Part shown: piece by piece, positions 58,423-64,000 of the stretch | Layout: every line of letters begins with the position of its first letter | Position numbering within the stretch: the first letter of the stretch is position 1 | Assembly: GCF_009914755.1 (NCBI RefSeq) | Contig: NC_060926.1 | Source: the human T2T-CHM13v2.0 reference genome, Homo sapiens | DNA: 64,000 bases | Reading direction: 5' to 3' (one strand) | The notes under the pieces: generated by a model | Seen by the model: the letters and a program-made list of their open reading frames with translations, nothing else | Databases searched by the model: none | What the model was told of the DNA's origin: nothing | Translations under genes and position numbers: made by a program

Positions 58423-61400
58423 GTTCCTGTTCAACTCTCTTAATTCCATTAGCTCCAAGTTTAGTTTTCTTATTTCTTACAGAGTGTTAATAAACCTATG
58501 AAAATAAAGACAATATCCTTGAGTAACGTTGGATATTGAATGAGTGGCAGAAAATCTGTCCCTGTGGTCCTTGGTGAGACATTAGGGGTACCAAGGGAGC
58601 AGAAGAAAAAAAATATTCTCTTTCATTCTGTTTCTCCTCCCAGCCTCCTGTTACCCATCTTTGAGAAGACCTGTGAGTTGAACAATGCACACTCAACACT
58701 GGCCAACTGAAATCAGTCACTGTGTGACTCCCAGGCTTCTCCAACCACAGATATGCAAGAATAATGTTTTCAAAGTGTCAGTGGAGAGCATAAGTTCTAC
58801 TGAGCACAAACTTGGGAGGCAAGTAATCAAGGCATTTACCTGATGAATGAAGAGGGGGAAGAAGGCATTATCATTTCAAATACATCTAGCACATTCCCAT
58901 TAAGCCACGGAACTTGCAGTTATTAATCACCAAAATAAATGCACCTTGCCCTTAGGCAAGTGCAGCCTTGCACAAGAGAAACCACCAATACAGCGCTTTT
59001 TTTCATGAAATTATCAAAAATGAAATGAATTTGAAAGAATATCCTAGGTGAATTAGACATTCAACTATTTAACAAGAAGAGGTTTTGCTGGGACCCTCGT
59101 TTATTATTTTGAGAAGTTAAGTCAGTTCCTGCCAATAATTCAGTAGCATTTACGTCTCCATTATTTCACAGGCAGGAGATTCCATGGCTAATGGCCAGTC
59201 CCTATTGTATCTTGAGTTTGGCATTGGAAATGGTTATGAGAGCTTCCCACTGAGCCCAGAGTCAAGTTAGAGATCTCCTGTGCAGAAAGGAGTGGGCATT
59301 CCATTATTCTGCAATATAGCAGAGTAAAATAAGTAGGATTTCATTTAGGCTGTGTGTTTTTTGTTTTTTGTTTTTTAGATTAGGTTAAATGGCCAAGATG
59401 CTAAAAGCATCCTATCTTGTACAAATTGAGTGCCTCTGTCTGCTGATTCTGACCATGCTGGCTGCATATTCTGAAAAGCTTTTGATAAGCATCTTAAGTG
59501 TAGACAGACATCTCATGTGTCTTGCTAAGCACAGGCACGTTTTCATATCGAAAAGGTGCTGCACCTTTTGAAAGTCACCCTCTTCCTTCAGGGGTACTTT
59601 ATAAGCAATACAGAGAGTTTTAAACTAAACTCTAAATTCGAGATTCAAACATTAGTCCCCAGTTTTAGGGGAAAAAATTGTTTAGAGGACAAGCCAGGAC
59701 ATCAATATTTCAAAGTGTACCCCCCAGAAAGATACCTGTTCTCAAAACAGGGAAAGCTCATTTCACAGTTTAAAGAAAACAAAGAAAAGAAAAGGCACAA
59801 AATGAAAAAAGAAAAAGTAGTCTGGGTCTACTGTCTGTCCATCCACCCATCTGCAATCTGGCCTTGCCCTGCCTGGACTGTCCTCCTCTCCCTTCAAGGC
59901 TGGAGGGAAGGTCCCTCTGGCAAGAGAATATCCTCTTCCACCCACTGGCTGATGCTCAAAATTCTACTATTAGGACATAATCACTTTAGTTTCAGCTTTG
60001 ATCCCTGTTAAAATGCAAATACCTCTGGGTGGGGTAATACTTAAACTGTTATCAGCCCTTTACAGTCCACCGAGGAGGAAGGAGCTGGGCAAATTTCACT
60101 AAGCTTTGGAGGGCAGATCTGGAGGCCGAAGAGCCACAGAGGGTGACGTGTGGGCACCCAAGGAAGATCCAAGGGCCAGAAAACAAACAGCTTCTCCCAT
60201 GTGCCAAAACATGGCCAGACCTGAAAACAGGAATCTTATTTTGTCTGAATGGGACAGCATACATTTATGTAGAAATCCGTCCACCTAAGAATCTAAGAAA
60301 AGCATTAGCTGAACAATGGGACAAGCTATCATTCTACTGAAAGATAATTCAAATGTTGGGGCTTGTTCTGCAATAAAATATAATGGCTAATCCTCAGGGT
60401 TCAGCCTTTCTGTTCTAACTTTAACTAAGGAAAAAAGTTTAGCCTTGTTAAAGCTATTATCTGTTCCTAAATTGCATAGTATATAAAATGTAAATGTGAT
60501 CACACCACTCTTAAATTATTATAACAATACGCCATTCTGTTTTCTTCCCCTTGACATTTACAAAATTCATTTGGAAGAGTGGGATCTACCTCACAGAGAT
60601 TAGTGATAAATCATGTATTTTTAATGAATATCAATAGGAGAAACCCCATGACATAGCCCACCATCTAATTTGATTAAACTGTGCTTAAGGCAACACTACC
60701 TCTCTGGCTAGGGAATAGCTCCATAATGACTTTGTGAGCATTATTGCAGGCTGTTTTAATGATTTAATGAACTGCCTCTATATTTAGTTCAATAGCCTTA
60801 AAATGATTAGTGTTTAAGAAAAATTAGCTCACTTTGATTTGATTCTATTTGATGGTAAGTTTAAATAACCTAACCCTTCAAAACACAGTGGAAAAAAAAA
60901 TCCTACAATCCCAGCCAGCTAACTGCTAGAAAACATTATGACCATCATTAATAACCATTCATTTATGTTTAGCTACAGTATCCAGCCTGACATGCTCATC
61001 CGAGGAGCTGGGCTGTAGCAACAAGGGCTAATGCTGCATTTCATCTTCCCTTTCTACGACTAGGAAGGGGAGGGAGAGGAGAGGAGATGGGAGAAGCAAG
61101 ACAGAGCCTTCGATTTCATATGTTGGGCTATAAGGAATTTTCTCTAGTTCAGGTCTAAAGTGGGCATCTGTCTACATTTGGGAGAAGCTCTAGGTTTCTA
61201 GAAGAGAAGGAGGGGAAAATTGGTGTGAGGTTTTGAGCCAACCTCTCCTGCTGTGATGCAGGCAGTCAGCATGGTTAGGTTTGAGCAGTGTGGTCAGGAA
61301 GCTCCCTGGGACACCCGGATGAGAGTCAGGGAGGCTTTCTGCAAAGAAGACTGAGGCAGATGGCTTTTCACCAGGGAAAGTGATCTGAGAGTTGGTGTGA

Positions 61401-61667
61401 TACTGCAGGGACCAAAGCCAGCTCCTTACTCCAAAAGAAAGAAGGTCACAGCACACACACACAGAAGTACATTCTGCAATATCCTCGTGGGTGACCGCTG
61501 CTTGTGCACACCCCAAAACATGGAAAAGAATGTGCACTGGGGACCCCAGTACTGCGCTTCATCTGAAACCATCTAGGCCAGTCATCTTCTGTGCAGACCA
61601 CAATGTTACGAAACCATTATCAGAAGAAAGAGACAAACTGGGAGGTCTGTTTAACTTTGAACTTTAG

Positions 61668-61885
61668 AATAATAATAGGTAACATTTATTAAGCACTTAC
61701 CAAATGCCAGGCACTGTTTACTCTTTATGTAAACCCAAGAGGTAGATACAATGATTATCCCCATTTTCAGCAAAGAAGCCAGAGGTCAGAAAGACTAAGA
61801 AGCTTGCCTAAGGGCACACAGCAGAGTGTAGGGAGGGGACAGGCTTGCACCCAAGTCTGCTTGACTTCCGATTCTTACCTACTCC
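61668..61885 (-). mobile_element. MIR
   Basis: AACATTTATTAAGCACTTAC...ATCCCCATTTTCAG...CTTGCCTAAGG. Confidence 0.8.
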
Positions 61886-62422
61886 ATCCTGTTGTCTTTC
61901 ATTTCGCCATCTGTGCCATGTGACGTGCTGAGTGTATTCTGAGTTAGAAACAGGGAAAGACTTAAAGAAAATGGATGTCAGAGGAAGGTGGGTGAGTATC
62001 CAATGAATAATTCACTAAATGAGGCCACTCACCCCAGCCTTCATTACTCAGAGCTGTCGCTGTGGATTCTTGGGCCTTGGGGGCAAGAATGCAATCCACT
62101 AACCATTACTACTCCTTGTCTTTGGGAAGGGAGAGGAAATATTTCTAGATGAGCCATTGTCATCTAATGAAAAAGCCCTGTATTTCTTGGCATGTGTTGG
62201 GTACTCCCAAGACACCTTCCTCTTTTCTCTCTCTCTCTGTTAATGTCCACCCCTCCTCCACTCTCCTAACCTGCCTCTTCCCACACTCTGATGTGTGCAC
62301 ACAGATCCACACAATGTGCTCACACATGCGACACAGGTGCACATGCACACATACACAGGCATACTGTTCAGTCCTATTTCATGGACATTTACTGAGTTCA
62401 TAGTGTGGGGCAAGTACTATGC

Positions 62423-62801
62423 TGATATGGTTTGGCTCTGTGTCCCCACCCAAATCTCATCTTGAATTGTACTCCCATAATTCCCACATGTTGTGGGAGG
62501 GATTTGGTGGGAGATAATTGAATCATGGGGGCAGTTTCCCCTATACTATTCTCGTGGTGTGAATTAGTCTCGTGAGATCTGATGGTTTTACCAGGGGTTT
62601 CCACTTTTGCATCTTCCTCATTCTCTCTTTGCCTGCTGCCATCCATGTAAGATGGAACTTTCTCCTCCTTGCCTTCCATCATGATTATGAGGCTTCCCTA
62701 GCCGTGTGGAACTGTGAGTCCAATTAAACCTCTTTCTTTTGTAAATTGCCCAGTCTCGGGCAATTATGTCTTTGTCAGCAGCGTGAAAACGGACTAATAC
62801 A
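62423..62801 (+). mobile_element. THE1 solo LTR inserted in an L2 tail
   Basis: TGATATGGTTTGGC...CCCATAATTCCCACATGTTGTGGGAGGGA...GGACTAATACA; perfect TSD TATGC. Confidence 0.95.
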
Positions 62802-63001
62802 TATGCCAACGTGGGAAACAGAGATGAATGAAAAAGGGTCTCTGTCCATGGCTCTGTACTTGAAGGAGGGCTCAGTCTCCTAAGGGGGAGGGAGTGGTTC
62901 AAAAATCATGCCCACGATCTCATGGCCATAACTCCCTCTTGGTCTAATCCCAGACAACCCAACACTTTTTCAGAGTCCTTTTTGCAAAGGTGTCAACCTC
63001 C

Positions 63002-63233
63002 TTTGTTTTGTTGTTTGTTTGTTTCTTTTTGTGACAGGGTCTCACTCTGTTGCCCAGGCTGGAGTGCAGTGGTGTGATCTTGGTTTACTGGAACCTCTGC
63101 CTCTCAAGCTCAAGGGATCCTGCCACCTCAGCCTCCTGAGTAGCTGTGACTACAGGGGCCACCACCATGCCCGGCTAATTATTTTTTTGTATTCTTTTGT
63201 AGCGATGGGGTTTCGCCTTGTTGCCCAGGCTGG
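63002..63233 (-). mobile_element. 5'-truncated Alu (AluJ-like)
   Basis: Reverse Alu; TSD AACCTCCTTT/AACCTCCCTT. Confidence 0.93.
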
Positions 63234-63952
63234 AACCTCCCTTCTGATGTCACCTTCCCCAGTGCCTCAGAGCCACTCTTTGTCTTTCCCACCCTTACTT
63301 TAGACTTTTGTCTTCCTTCCCCATCCCCTCACCAAAAACAAAAGAAAACAAAACAAAACAAAACAAAATCCTGAACCGAACCCACAACTCATTTTCATGA
63401 GGCCAATTATTCTGACACACTCATCCTAGACTTACACATAAATAACTGAGAATAACTTTAGTAGCTTTTCTCCTCCCAGAGAGGCTATGAGCAACTATTT
63501 TATACTATTTAAGAGAACCAAGCCATTTGTGTGGACATTTCCTGATTGTGGAGCCGTGAATTCTTGTGCAGGGCAGGAAATGTAAATGAATGAAGTAAGC
63601 TACATGAGAACTGACCAACTAGACCAACAAGTTCCATCTAGAAGGGGTAGCACCACTCAGCGACAGCCCATGGCTGCCAATCAGTGCTCCCAGAGCACCC
63701 CAGCTTTCAAGGAAAATACAGCATCCTGATTTTTATTCAAAATATTCTAATTTTTTTAAGTTGGCTCAGTAAAAAATAAAATAAAATGCCATACAGGCTA
63801 AACAAATACAGTCCACAGCTGCCAGTTTGCAACCTCTGCCCCACCATTACACAAGTGGCATTGACAGACCAGCAATGTGATGGCTTATAGAGCAGGAGTC
63901 TCCAGTGCCAAGGTCACGGCTCCCCATGGGAGGGATGCTCTGCACAGGCTTG

Positions 63953-64000
63953 CTTTCTTATTTTGGAACAGGGTCCCCCTCTGTTATCCAGGCTGGAGTG
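63953..64000 (-). mobile_element. Alu tail end, cut by the window edge
   Basis: ACAGGGTCCCCCTCTGTTATCCAGGCTGGAGTG. Confidence 0.8.

Overview
Primate (human-like) genomic DNA with no supportable protein-coding exon, RNA gene or processed pseudogene. All ORFs in the track are short or derive from Alu, L1, LTR or microsatellite sequence. The left ~9 kb is almost transposon-free and looks like the 5' end/promoter of a minus-strand gene continuing beyond the left edge: TATA/CArG-like box plus Inr near 1108-1140, candidate donor at 530/531, flanking (TG)n/(CA)n tracts. The gene cannot be named from sequence alone. An isolated CpG island lies at ~13.5-13.9 kb. The most striking unexplained structure is a ~221-bp imperfect palindrome at 17141-17361. 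From ~18 kb onward the window is dominated by interspersed repeats (Alu, L1M, L2, MIR, MaLR/ERV solo LTRs, hAT and Tigger DNA transposons), often nested several levels deep. Repeat family and subfamily names come from recognition of consensus-like text, not from a search; boundaries of old repeats are approximate. I see no evidence for a new multi-gene system; the palindrome is the best candidate for an under-described element.
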